A stretch of 64,000 nucleotides of DNA from Lepidodermella squamata (Eukaryota; Animalia; Gastrotricha). The position numbers and the translations under genes are program-made. The notes under the pieces were generated by a model. It was not told where the DNA came from. It saw only the letters and a program-made list of their open reading frames with translations, and searched no databases. The stretch is from positions 4,402,001 through 4,466,000 of the forward strand of contig JBLDXI010000024.1 of the NCBI GenBank assembly GCA_047495785.1, in the 5' to 3' direction. Positions 37,601-51,000 of this stretch are shown here, in pieces; the stretch's first letter is position 1, and the number at the start of each line of letters is the position of its first letter.

Positions 37601-38819
37601 ATAAGTAACGAGTTGAAGAGTCCCAGTCCTCGAAAGCTGATAGCCGAGGCGAGGCGTAATCGATTCTAGTTGTTGGAACTTCTGAGGTGACATCCAAGTT
37701 ATGTATTCTCCCTTTTTTCCTCATCTCTTCTCATATAAGCGTTCCAACAACCGACTTGAGGCGCTTTGCATCTCAACAAGCGACGAAGTTACCAGCTGCC
37801 TGCCGATTTGTAGGCGACTTAATAAAGCAAATGGTCGTTTTATTCCTGAGTTGCGCTGAGTTATAGTAAGTTCGCGAACATTAGCTGGCAGCACTATAAG
37901 TGTTATGGTGCTTTCACAAATCGCTAGCGTTTCGGTATAACTCTCTATTTGACGGTATTTTACCGCAGCACGCAACCAAGGTTACCTTAATGCTAGTGCG
38001 GTAAAACTAACGCCGCCGCGTATTTTAATTTTTACCGCACGCGGCATTAGTTTTACCGCAGAAGCATTCGCGGCTTGCGGCTTGCAGCAACGCACTACAG
38101 CGGATGCGTAACACGCTCTATTGTAAGTACGCGCATTCGAATTGGCGCTATAAGGTAGTGGTCCAGATTTTCTCGAATGATTGATCGCCGAGTTTTAATT
38201 AACGAAACGATAGGTCACCCATGATGGGCGAGTCAGACTAAGATGTAAAGAAATTAGCAGAATTTTCTCCGAAATTCCTTTTTCTTACCATATCCTGCCA
38301 TCGTGGGTTCGAAAGCTGAAGCCTTTAATTACGCGATATTACAAGACTTGCATGCCTTTCTGAAGCGATTCATCTTGGGCCTCAACTTAATCCCAGTCAT
38401 TGAATTCTGGGGCTCTGCAACCTTAAAATAGAAAAGAAAAATCATTAAAATGGCAATTGTTGACAGGGTGCACAAAACATTTCGATATATGATTTGGGTT
38501 CTAATGAATTTCGTAATAATTTCTGAATTCGATCTGCTCCTTTTTTTATAAAATGCACTATAAATTTAATTTAAAATTGTTCCGGAATTAATTTTGAAAT
38601 AATTCTTAAATATTGTATAAAACATTTCCGACTATAAAATAAATATTCCTATTTAAAAATTATGTAAGGTATTAATTTAAAATGCTACATTCATTATTGT
38701 AGGCTGGAATTATTAGGCGAATTTCTCAGGTTTTAAAGCCTAGAAAAAAAGCCTAGAAATCGAGTTCAGCTGAATTTTGCGTCCAGTTTTACCGCGCTTT
38801 CAATTGAAAAATAAGGGAA

Positions 38820-38882
38820 TACTCTATGGCAAACCATGGAGAAATATAATTATTATATTTCTCCATGGTTTGCCATAGAGTA
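38820..38882. repeat. Perfect 63-bp palindrome (31-bp arms, 1-nt centre); related hairpin at ~39725-39790 suggests transposon ends
   Basis: TACTCTATGGCAAACCATGGAGAAATATAAT-T-ATTATATTTCTCCATGGTTTGCCATAGAGTA. Inverted ATTCCCACATGCGCA / TGCGTATGTGGGAAT pair at ~38890 and ~39775. Confidence 0.8.
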
Positions 38883-39109
38883 ATCCTATTCCCACATGCG
38901 CACGACACCTGTAGGCTCCCTAAAAGGGTGTAATAGGCACATAGGGGTGAATTCACAGTAACCATTTTGAGAAAATAAAACATCCAACTTAAAATTTCAC
39001 GAAAACAATTCTTCGTTTGCAAAAGAAAATCACTTTTCATTCGGCGAATTTTTTCTTGTTTGCAACTTGATTTTTGGTCAACCCTCATTCGTCGTCGAAA
39101 TCGTCATGC

Positions 39110-39320
39110 CGTCCGGCTGGCCGAAGAATCAGTTGTCAAGATTCATGAAACAGAGCGCCGATATCAAGCCCCGATCATCAAGCCGAAATCATCAGATGCC
39201 TTGGTTCGATGGAGTCTGGAAACGAACAAATCGTTGCCTCGAAGAATCCACTCAAATTGCTCGCCAGCCAGCCGGTTTCGCACAGAAATCAATGGATCTA
39301 CATCGCGCCGTTTGGAAGAC
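39110..39320. repeat. Dispersed repeat shared with 63530-63730
   Basis: CCGGCTGGC.GAAG.ATCAGT...AACAGAGCGCCGATATCAAGCCCC...TTCGCACAGAAATCAATG occurs downstream of both copy 2 and copy 3. Confidence 0.75.
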
Positions 39321-40124
39321 TGAAAGCCATCTGCTCGCTGCATGGTATCCAGTGGTATCCAGGTCGCAGTAGAAATTAATCATGGACATGGGGCAATTTT
39401 GCCGGATGACTCGCCGAGAAACCAGTCATTGTCGCCTCTAACGTTGCTATGACTAGTCGCTGAATTTCTGTTGCTGCTCATAACCGCGATTCCGGAGCGA
39501 AAACCGGATCTGCATCCCGACAGCTGTCAGCAAGAGATTTCGACGACGCCGTTTTTCGCCTCATTTTGTCAAATTTGTAATTTTGCACGTGAAATTGCTT
39601 TTAAATAAAATTGGGGTTTTCACTGTTCTGGTGACTTTCTAGTGACTTTTCTGGGGGTTTTGAGGCCAATTCCGAGCAAAATGCTGCCCAAATCTGTGGC
39701 AGTTTCAACCCAAAGAGAAATTATTGGTTGCCATAGAGAAACATATGTTTCTCCATGGCAAAATTTAACCATGCGTATGTGGGAATTCACAATTTTCGTT
39801 GAATTTTTTGGCGATCGATTTGGTTGATATTTATTTGATAATGAGGCCCTGCATTTGCGCCGGTCTGCATTATTAACCATGAATCTGTGAAGTCGACGGT
39901 TATTCTGTTTCGCAGCGGCATTAATGCGACTCCCGCGCTTATTTTTGAATCGACCAATAGCGTGCGAGCAATTAATTGTTAGAGAAAACTAGCCTTTCAC
40001 GACCTTTTAGTGGCCGGAGGAAACCACCGCGGATCCGTAAATGTGCAGATGATAACCTGGAACTCCTGTTGTCATCGGGCGTCTGTTTCGGGGCAATGGA
40101 GCCGATTATTTCCATCTCAACATC

Positions 40125-41114
40125 CATAGACAACACTGTAACAGATAGGACACTAACGATCTTTCCATAGTGAATTTATTCGAGCTGTTATTGCAAAAAG
40201 GGCGGCACGCGACCACTTTTTTGATCACCCAACGCCCTATCCGCCCATTATAATTTTAATTAATTTCAAAAATTGAAAAAGCCACAGGTACCTCTTCCAA
40301 AAAGTTTGGATTTTTGCTCATAAATAATAGACGTGGCCCTCTATCTAATGATACCAGGCACACCTAGTGTTCCCCTATGGATAATATTCTAAAATTCGGC
40401 AAAATGGGCTATAATTGGTGATTTTCGGCAAAATTGCCATTCTTTTGCGGCGGCTGGCTCTTTCGGAAAATTTTTAAAAAATTTGAAAAAATCAGTTTAT
40501 CCATGTTGACATTTTTCTCTATCCGACGATATAAAATTTGCCCCACAAATGGTTTATTTTGATTTTCCGATTTTTTCTGGGACCGAAAAATTATTATTCG
40601 CAAGAATATCTCCGAACAAAGTGACGCTGTGAGATAATTCAAAGTCCAATATGCACGGCCGAAAATAATCGGAAATTCAAAATAAATTAATTAACCGACA
40701 AATTTTACATCGCCGGATAGAGAAAATTCTCAATATGGATAAACTAATTTTTTCAAATTTTTCAAAAATTTTCCGAAAGAGCCAACCGTGGCAGAAGAAT
40801 GGCAATTCTGCCCAAAAACACCAAATATAGCACTTTTTGGCGATTTTTAGAAAATTATCCATAAGAGTACACAAGATGAACCTGGCATCATTAAATAGAG
40901 GGCCACTTCTACTATTTATGAGCAGAAAATGAAATTTTTCTAAAGGGGTACCTGTCGCTTTTTTTATTTTTGAAAATAATTAAAATTATAATGGGCGGAT
41001 AGGGCGTTGGGTGATCAAAAAAGTGGTCGCGTGCCGCCCTTTTTGCAATAACAGCTCGAATAAATTCACTATGGAAAGATCGTTAGTTTCCTATCTGTTA
41101 CAGTGTTGTCTATG
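40125..41114. mobile_element. Foldback non-autonomous element, probably P-element superfamily
   Basis: Exact 8-bp TSD TCAACATC (40117-24, 41115-22). Ends CATAG...CTATG. Near-perfect TIRs >130 bp, with imperfect inverted similarity over most of the element. Confidence 0.88.
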
Positions 41115-41139
41115 TCAACATCAGCTCCTTCGGTCTTTT

Positions 41140-41514
41140 TTCGTATTCTGCCGCAAGTGGGCGACAATAAATGGCTACTCCGTGTAGTTGTCCGTATGGA
41201 GCTACTGGTCGAAACTGCGAAAATGCGTTATCATCATAGTTGTCATCATTCGCAATCTGCCTTCATTTTGTAGTTACTCCCCGTAAGTGACCTTTCAGCC
41301 TATGCAAATTTTCATTCCTGTGGGAATTATGCGGGACAGGATGTGACAGCGATGAAATTACAGTCAAGTATAGTTTTTGGGGCGGAAACCTTATAAGCTC
41401 TAACGCGACGCTCTAGGAACAAGAGATTGTTATGGGGTCTATTGTTGCTATCCAAAGTCACAAAATCTATCATCCAAGTCGGAAATGGCGCAAATGCTGC
41501 AGGTTATGTGACAG
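41140..41514 (+). pseudogene. Relic fragment of a fourth PKD1-like paralog (EGF exon end, 9-nt microexon, start of discoidin exon)
   Basis: Encodes ...CSCPYGATGRNCEN, then ag|TTACTCCCC|gtaagt (microexon), then ag|GATGTGACAGC (RCDSDEITV) and IQVGNGANAAGYVT (cf. [14 protein letters not shown] in copy 1). Confidence 0.65.
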
Positions 41515-41817
41515 GCACTACACAAAGGGAACCAGACCAGCGGTGACAGCTCTCACGATGCGTTGATCCTAGAAAAGCAGTATGAATATGAATACGTCCT
41601 TGACTTGGATGCGGATGGAAACATTCTCGGCGGTTACGACGATGAGCAATGGGAACGTCTCGACTTCATGTGGGCCGAGGAAGTGCCGGCATCCCATCAC
41701 GTTCAACGCCGACCAGATGGCTGCTCGCCGCAAGTCGTCTGTATTCGGAACTGGTTTCGAACTTTCTGTTTTGTGATCTGTAAATCGGTAATACTTGATG
41801 AATATCAATTTGAGTGA
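41515..41817 (+). pseudogene. Deleted relic of the transglutaminase-CUB gene (3' part and 3'UTR)
   Basis: Strong nucleotide match to 17611-17781, then jumps to ~18133-18257 (~350-bp internal deletion at ~41690). Small indels are present and the 5' half is missing. Confidence 0.9.
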
Positions 41818-42699
41818 AGTTTGGCGAAAAGGAATTTCATGGCCGTTTTCAAGACTGCACTTCGATGAAAACAATAAAACTTGATTTTGAAACTTTTAAA
41901 GCAAGCATATTTTATTCACGCGCTTTTCTGTCTGACGTTGTTACGGCTTCTAATCAAATAAAGTACGCGTGAACTTCGTAAACTGTCCTTGCTTTGAGCC
42001 CTCAGGTAAATCATTTCAGCGATCTTTCATTTTTCTCAAAAACGATCCTTCGCCAATAGAGACTGTCCACAAAATAAGCATTCTCGAACGATCGTTAACA
42101 ATCGGAAAACATTGGGCGTACATATTTGATTATTTTTCTTTCTCACATCAATCCATTTAAATATTGAATGATGGTATCGAAATCGCATGGGGCGTTTCTT
42201 TTGATTGTTTTCGAATCGATTCGGAGCATTGCGGCGCTGAAGCCTAAAACCCCAAGTGCGACCTAAAAGAACGTCGCCCCGGCGAACTGTTCGTTCGATC
42301 AATCGATTGAAAGACGAAAGACGCGTCTTCTGCATTTATCATTCATAGTTTCGTCCGTTTTAACAATCTTCGGGCAGCATATCAAAGAGAGCGATTTCTG
42401 CATTAGGCTATTAAAAATGCATAAGGGGTTGCGTGTCAATGCGTACAAAGGAGAATTGGTTTTCTTATAATACTACCAAAAAATAATGGAAAAAAACAAA
42501 ACAGTAGGAAAATTTAAAACCGGAGCATTTCGGGTTTCTCGATCAGAACGTGTGATTCACGAAAACATAATTGTCAATTTTATATTGAAAGTTTAAGGAG
42601 GATGGACTCATAGGTTGACTGAATTTAGGCCATACCCCACAAAAGTAGCGGAAAGGTTTTAGGCTGAAAAATAAGGCCAATTTTGTCCGGTGTGAAAAT

Positions 42700-43668
42700 A
42701 ACTACATCTTTTTTAATTTGCATTTTCATTATATCGTTAGCGACGCGCCAAAACAACCACTTCACTATTTATAGATTTTATGAAGAAAAAAATCGGTGTT
42801 CAAAAGGCCTAACGTACTTCACCATTACGTTAGGCGACTAAAAGTACGATCAAATGAGTCATCTAAGTGGTTGTTTTGGCGCGTCGTTAACGATATGCAA
42901 AACAAATTTCACAAGTAGTTTTTTTCTCCTTCTCTGCCTATTCATTGTTTTCATCTTCTTATTCATTTTATTTAAAGAAACTAGCTCAACTTCTAACCGA
43001 CGTAGAATAGCAGCCCGAGCTCAGTTTTTGATGATTAAGATATCAAATTGAAGGTCTCTTCAGTGGTAAAGTTGGCGACTTCAAAGATAACTATTTTATC
43101 TCAAAATCCAGCCACGAACCCAGTTTATTTACAGGATGAAACTACTCTGACCGGTACGAGTATTGCAGAACCACACCGACCACCGTGGTTAAAAGCTCAG
43201 TGCCAAACATTCAATAAATCAAAGTCGGCCCCAAGTTCGGCTGTTTTTGTCCAGGGCATACTTCAAATTTTAGAAACAAATAAAACTTTTTTTCTGTGAG
43301 ATTTGAACCCTCGATCACACTTTCTACACCCAGCCTCTCTCACCACTACGCCACCTAATCTCTTGACAATAGTGCTCCATTTTTTGCTACTTGACTGATG
43401 CTCCTTAAAGGAGAAATGGGAATTTCTTTGCATTGATTAATTATCGTTCCTAATTAATTGATCCATCGAGTGGATCCAATTATAAGCCTCAATTTGATAT
43501 CTCAATCGTAGAAAACAGAACTTGCGTTACTGTTCTACATCGGTTAGAAGTTACTTTAAATAATTAGAGTAAGAAAATGAAAGAAATGGATACGCAGAGA
43601 AGGAGAAAAAAACTACTTGTGAAATATGTTTTGCACATAATGAAAATGCAAATGAAAAAGGTGTATTG
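42700..43668. mobile_element. Diverged foldback MITE with a nested ~165-bp hairpin MITE (42731-42896) and a tRNA-derived segment (43296-43357, minus strand)
   Basis: 42700-43052 is inversely similar to 43487-43668 once the ATATCGTTAGCGACGCGCCAAAACAACCACTT...AAGTGGTTGTTTTGGCGCGTCGTTAACGATAT insert is removed. Minus strand has TGGCGTAGTGG (A box) and GGTTCAAATC (B box). Confidence 0.7.
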
Positions 43669-45043
43669 GTGCGTGCTCGTGGTGGTGAAGCTGCCGCGAT
43701 ATGATTAGCGTTACTGGAAAAGGTTGGTTACTTAGCTGACGCCTTGCTCCTTTTTATCTTTTTTGCCTGGTTTTTAGCTACGCCAAGTGAGTCATATCAC
43801 CACTAGTGTCGGCCAACTGTGTTTGCATAAAATATGCATTACTGTAGCGCATCTGCTCGTTCAGACAGCGTCAAAAAGAGCTGTTTCGATCCTTTCATCC
43901 ATAAATCATGATTTGTAATTTTGTTCAAATCTCAAACATTCAGTCGGTAAGAACATATCTATATGCATAAGGTTATCAAAAATGCACGCTTTCAGGCTCG
44001 TCCACGGTTCCATCAAGCTGGTATGAATAAATGAGAAAAAATCGATTTTGTCATATTACGGGACTGTACTCGCAATATAGTGCACGAGGGTTGTAACCTA
44101 CACTAGTTTCGTTGCACTAAATGTTCATTCAAGTTGGCACAATGACAATGCCGCAGTTTCCCATGTTCAACGTTTCTTCAAGCCAGGCCATCGAGGAAAC
44201 TCGCCAAACCTTTATTATTTCTCTAATTTTCATAACACATTTCATTGGAGCGATTTCATTTTTGAAAATCCCTCATTTGTTCGCGCGCTGCTGGTTTTGC
44301 AATGTATGACATAGTGATAAGCAAAATAAAAAGTTCAAGTCGGAAATGGCCGATAATCACAATAAATCGTTACGGCTGGTACGATAGTCCAGATCGCTGT
44401 AATATAACACTTTTGCGCCCGGTTTAGTAAGAAGTCCGCCTAAAGGGATGAAATGTGAAAATATCCAATTCTAATTCACTTCATGCCATTCAGAGGAAGG
44501 AAATAAACGTAGTTCGCATTGAGCTGATTCGCAATGATAAATTTTGAATGTACTATGTTGCCTAGCTATTCACAAGAAAACCGCGTTGAATAAATACAAA
44601 AATTGCTCGTACAAGACAATTTCGCGCGCTGTGAACCGGACAAGAGACGTCTCGATGCGCGTTGCAAGGCTTGCATTAAAATATATGATATATGATATAT
44701 CTGTAAAATGTCGGCAATGCTACGGTGGAATATAGAATACTTTTTGCTGTTTAATAATAAATGCGGGCAGACAATAGAATAAGGTAACAGCTGATATATT
44801 TAAATATTTATTGTTACGTTAACTGAAGAACTAAAAAATTTTCGGGATAAGCAGCAATGCAAAATTGATGACAGACCCAGGTTGCTTTAGAAAATTGTGG
44901 CAATCCTAACGTACTGAGCGAAGAAGTTTTGCTTGGCAACGCAGAACTTAACTGGAAAATTCGTAAGAAATAAAGTAACGAATGAACTCAGCCTTTTCGG
45001 ACAGAATGTTGTTCATTTTCAGTATGGCGGAATGTATTCGAGC

Positions 45044-48000
45044 ATGAATTTCCGATTCACCGCTTTCATATTGGTCGTTGCTGGAATTCAAGGTTTTCAG
45101 TTAAACTTAAGCTAAACTTGATGTCAATTACTCATTTGATTTTACAGGAGTACGATCCACCTGTACAAGTACTGCTGATTGTCAAAACGGAGGAACCTGC
45201 ACCTCAGGACTATGCTATTGCGTTGCGCCGTGGGGTCTAGGTGGCTGCGCAGGTGGAAGTGGTTGGTTACTCCGTTGTAGCATCGACCACTACTTGAACT
45301 ATACTTATCACAGGCACGAAATTTTGCAGCAATAGCGGTTCCAACTACCCTGCATGCCAAAACGGTGGAACGTGTCCGACGACTAGTAATCCGGGAATTA
45401 CATGTAATTGTACCGCGTCTTATACCGGGCGCTTCTGCGAGTCACGTTAGTTGAGCCCTCTCACGTTATACCTGATCTTTACAACTCATATTCACAGCCG
45501 TTTGTCCTACGCCTTGCCAAAACAATGGCACCTGCACAGCTCAGTTTACATGTAACTGTACAGCAGGATGGACTGGTTCATCATGCTCATCAGGTAATTA
45601 AAAGCTAAACTAGAGCGTTTTTAATTTCAGAGTTGCACTTGTATAAACAGTCTGTTAAAACACACGTGTTTAAACACATGATTAAACAGTATAAAGTCTG
45701 AGGTTTGAGCTTCATCGATATCTTTTTCTATAAGTAAGGTCACTGCAATCATTAAACAGATATCACCATTGAATTCCTCGTCAAAAGTTACCCTAGGTAA
45801 TAGCCTAGAAAACAACTAACAGCAATTTTTGGTCAATTTTTATTGCTGCAATAAAGTAATCTAGACCGGAAGCAAACCTATCTCGGAAGCGGCGATGGGT
45901 ATGAAAATTCTGCAAAAGCCATTCGATCCGGCGGGTCCAACTTCCTTTTCTGTGTTAACTTTCTTTGTTGGCAAGAGCTCAACAGTCCAGCGTGAAATAT
46001 CGACAAGTTAATGTTGCTTAGCGAATTCCACCAGCAGATCCGTTCGCCTCGTGGCTCGAGAGTTTGAATTACCCTCACTTGCGCATTTATCACTTGCGCA
46101 TTTGAAAATTATCACTTGCGCATAAAATATTGATTTTTCAGCCTGTTGTTCACCAGTTGATGAATTATTATGAAATTTTTTATAAATTTTTATTTGCGAT
46201 ACCTGACGCAGTTATTACTCAATCGACGTCTTATTACAAAGTAATGACGAAAGTAAAGAGCAATTAAAAGAGTAAGGTCGAGCGAAAATCAAGCATTATT
46301 CTTCATTAGTCGTCGGTTGCAAGAGCCCTCGTCTTGGGCCCGTGAGCTGGGCGTATTTTGCCGTTCTGCCCGATGAAGCCTGCCAACTTGTCCAGGTGTT
46401 CATAGGCATTCATGCCTTTTTGCCATTGCTCGTCAAAAAGAAGCGTCAGTGTGGTAATTTCGTTGTTGATCTCGCGATATTTCTTCAGCTGGCGACAGAC
46501 TCTCTCGCCTTTTTTCTCTGGTTTTTTCTATTCTTTTTTCTATGGTGGCAAGACAACCCGCGAGCATCTTGGCACACGAAGCCACATTTCATAACGCAAG
46601 TTAAACGCATTTTGAAAATGAGTTAAAATGTAGAAATGATTTTGAACATTTGAAAATTTGAATTTGGGCAGTAACGCACCATATGTCTACACACACGCGA
46701 CTAACAGATGTGACACCTGCCTGTCTTATTTTATAAAAATTTCATAATAATTCATCAACTGGTGAACAACAGGCTGAAAAATCAATATTTTATGCGCAAG
46801 TGATAATTTTCAAATGCGCAAGTGATAAATGCGCAAGTGAGGGTAACCCCGAGAGTTTGCATCTCGAGCATCTGGAGTAAATGCTGCTAATGGTTTTCTA
46901 GGCAACCCCGAGGGAAACTTTTGACGAGGAATTCAATGGTGATGTCTGTTTTTTTGCGGCGGACCGCCACAATAGCAAATACCCAAAACAGCAACAGCGG
47001 CAAAGCAGCAAATTAGTCATAATGCGACATATCTGCAGAGACACTTTGCATATTTTACAGAGCTGTTGCTGTTTTGTCGCGAAATAAACCTTTTCGCATT
47101 TTTGTCTCATTCGCTGTTCTGCGCAATTGCTGTTTTAGCGCTGTACCTTAATTCTGATCTACTGTAAACCAAGGCAAAGGAATCATATTATTTTTTATTG
47201 TGCCTTTTCATCAGCTATTTGTTCAAGCCCGTGCCTGAATGGCGGCAGCTGCACAGCGCCAAATACATGCACATGTCCAGGTAATTTTAGTGGCTCAACT
47301 TGTGCCAATCCAATCTGCTCGCCTGTGTGTTCCAATGGCGGAAACTGTACAAACACCCTCAAATGCAACTGCGCCGCGGCCTGGACTGGTTCTCGATGCA
47401 CGACTCGTGAGAAAATTCGTTGATTCAAAAAATTAAGACTAATTTTTTGTTTTCAGCAATATGCTCGCCTGCTTGTCAGAATGGAGGCACCTGTACGGCT
47501 CCCAACACGTGCTCATGCCCTGTCGGTTGGACCGGTCCAACATGTGGTACATTCACATGCCCTGGTGGTTGCGCTAACAGCGGAACTTGCGCGGGCCCTT
47601 CAACCTGTTCTTGCACCGGGCAATGGCAGGGCTCTAACTGCTCTATTCGTAATCTATTTTCAGAGAGCAATATGTCTGACCTCATTTTTTTTGAATAAAG
47701 CTGTCTGCTCCTCACCGTGTCAGAATGGTGGCACATGTTCGGCGCCTGGTGTTTGTTCGTGTGCACTCGGGTGGATGGGAGCAATTTGTGACACGCAAAC
47801 GACGACTAGTAAGCGACCAAATATTTTGATGAAATGCAATCCGTCAATGTTTGTCTATTGCAGCTTGCACGCAAAATTCAGATTGCACGAACGGCGGGAC
47901 GTGTTCGAATGGGTTATGCTACTGCGTTGCTCCATACACAGGACCAGATTGTTCATTGACAGGTAAGTTATTTCAAGGGTTAGCGATGTATTAGTACAAT

Positions 48001-51000
48001 GAACACAAAGGAACGAGCATATGCTCTTCGAACGGCGTCGATTATCCGTGGTGTTCAAACGGCGGAACTTGCATCACTGTTAGCTCGGTGACGCAATGCA
48101 ACTGTCCCGTCGGATTTAGTGGTAGATATTGCGAAACAGGTATTTCAGTCGTAATTCAGTAGCAATTTAAGCTCATAAAGCCTTTATCCGAACAGCTTAC
48201 CCTCGTAAGTGATCGGATTCTCTCGGAAAATCCGGGTAATATTAGCCTTACGATAGGATGCGAGAGTGTAGACCTAACAGGAATGTATTGGGCCGTCACT
48301 TTTGATGCTTCGACTGGAAACGGCTCTTATGCTGTGACACCAACTGGCTGGGCCCCAGTGATCCCCGACAACAGGCTCTATTTGACTGTGATCTTGCCTT
48401 ACGAGTTTACGGTGTCATCAATCGAAGTTGGAAAAGGCACTCTCGCGGGATACGTCAGCTCCTACGCGGTTTCCTTTTACATGAAGTACAGACTCGGCAA
48501 TTATTACTATCCCGTCTTAACCGATCAGAACGACTGGTCGTCACCAATGAAGGTTTGCTTTCATCACAGCTTGACGGTAGCAATCGATCTCAATTCTTAT
48601 CCTAGTTGTTTCCCGGCTACAACGGTGTCAGTAATGGAACATCAAAATTGTGCCCCAATATACGGACAGCAAGACTGCGGATTTGGCCAAAAAATTACAC
48701 AAGCGTGAATTTTGCTATGACTGTGAAACTATTGGGCTGCCTACCTCACACTGGTTGCGTCACGTCGGGCATAGGACTGTGCGCGTCAACTTGTCTGTGC
48801 CCTGTTGGCTACAAGAGCAGCTACGGTTCAAACTGCGGTGAGAATTTCAATGCTTAATTTCAAATTTCAAAACATGTTAGCATGTTGTCAACTTCAGATG
48901 TATGGAGCATGCCACCCGTCGATTGTGAGGACATCCTAATGCGAGACCGCACATCACCCGATGGCATTTACACCATCTATCCTCCTTCTTTTCCTTCAAT
49001 GCAAGTTTATTGCGACATGAAAAGCATAGGAGGCGGCTGGACAGTGTTTCAGAAGCGCATCGATGGCTCGACGGATTTTTACCTGAATTGGGCCAACTAC
49101 AAAGCTGGCTTCGGTAACCTCTCTGCTAATTTCTGGCTAGGAAACGACAACATTCGCCGGCTAACTGCGCAGAACTACAATAGCATCCTTGCACTTTACA
49201 TGGTCGCTCCTGATGACGACCGCGGCCTCGCTGTGTACAAGGACTTCTACTTAGAGGATGAATCTGACAACTACAGGTTCAGATCTGGTGGCTTTTTGGG
49301 TGGAAACGCTGGTTGGTTAAAAGCATATGAATGTATGTTTTTCTTTTTCCACTCAAGTAAATCTCTTTCTACAGGAGATGCCATGGGGTACCACTTTGAC
49401 ACCGTCTTCAGTACTAAAGATCGCGATCTGTCGACCTTGGGTACCTGCTCCGTCACATTCAAAGGCGGCTGGTGGTAAGTCTTAACTTAACCTACCCGGG
49501 GGATTTACTTATTAGTGAAGCCACCGGTGGCCTATGGGAACCAGGTCCTGCTTAAAACACACGAACAGGGCATAAAAGATCATTAGAAGAAGATCTTTAG
49601 GACGCCGCGGCCTGCGGAAAATCAGAAAAAGCGTGACATTTTTAACGAGGTCCAAAGTTCAACTCGACCAATGAATCATCTCATTACACTTATTACAATC
49701 ATCTTAAACTTCTTTTTTGCTTAAAATTAAAACGAGATCAACACATCTTTACACAACATCCCGCTGATCATTAACTCTAAATTGATGCTCAGCAGTAGTT
49801 AATTATTGACATTTAAAAAATTAAAATTTCATTTATTATAAAAATTTGAATTTCGAAAATTATGGACATAAAATTGAATCGTATTCACAGAATAATTATT
49901 CGCGGCCGGGTAGCAACCGAGCGTTCATGTGATGGGAACTTCGAAGCCTATAGTACGTCTCATGTACAGCGACAATCAAAAGATCCGCACGGTGGAATTG
50001 AGACGAAGCTAGTTGAATTTTATCGCACGCCTTTATCACGAGCTCCAAAAATAACTCCAAGAAAAGGGGGATCGTTTCAATAATATCTCTGTAAATTTTT
50101 CTGCAATTTTTGGCACCTATAATGAGATGTCATGAAACTAGGACATTCTTATTAAGGTGCCAAAAATTGCAGAAAAATTTGAGCACTTGGAATAAGGTTT
50201 ATAGCAAATGAACATTATTTTTCCGGAATTTTTCTGACATAATTGCCAACATTGAGGGCTTCGGAGTTTTAATCAGCACGTTATGAATATTCATGTTTTT
50301 GAAACTATTGAAACTTCTTAGTCTTAGCCACTAGCCTATGTACATTTTGCGACATAGCGCAAAGTCTTGTCGGAAACGTCTAATTTCTAGAGGACTAATT
50401 TCTAGAGTCCTAGTTTTTTACATCTTTAATAATGAGGCACCTTCAATCGATGAATTGCAGTCCGGGGTCAGGGGCAACCAGCGGAATTGCCTGCATATTG
50501 CTTTTTATATCAATCCACCTGGGAACCAACACCATCTTCTTAATTGTTAAATTTTGAAAAGATTCTGTTATTTTATAATAGTTGCGTGGCGAGGGTGAAA
50601 TTACTAATTCCTAAAATTCCTAAGGTATCCAATTATCCAACAATACTTTATTTTACTTTACAGGTACAAGGGATGCCACACTGTAAACTTTAATGGGTAA
50701 GTAAGGATAAATTTTCAAGATTTCAGCGACAACTTTTGGATGTTCTAGGCTGTATGGCTCAACAGCTTGGTCGCAGATGCTGATTTACAACACCTTCAGG
50801 AGCAACTACGTTGGCATGACGACGACGAAAATGATGATTCGAAGGAACAAGCCACAGGACACTATGCCATGTTAGTTTTTGTTTTTCTAACTTAACCCGG
50901 TCTTTACATTTGATCTTACGTGTTTCAGCGCTAGCTTTCCCGAAACCCCTAGATTGCCAGGAGATCCTTGTAGGCAATCCTCACGCCCCGAGCGGTGTAT

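Noticed and set aside
37955-38075. Clustered TTTTACCGCA repeats resembling a CRISPR-like array
   Set aside because: Irregular spacing, mixed orientation, eukaryotic context; more likely transposon subterminal repeats.
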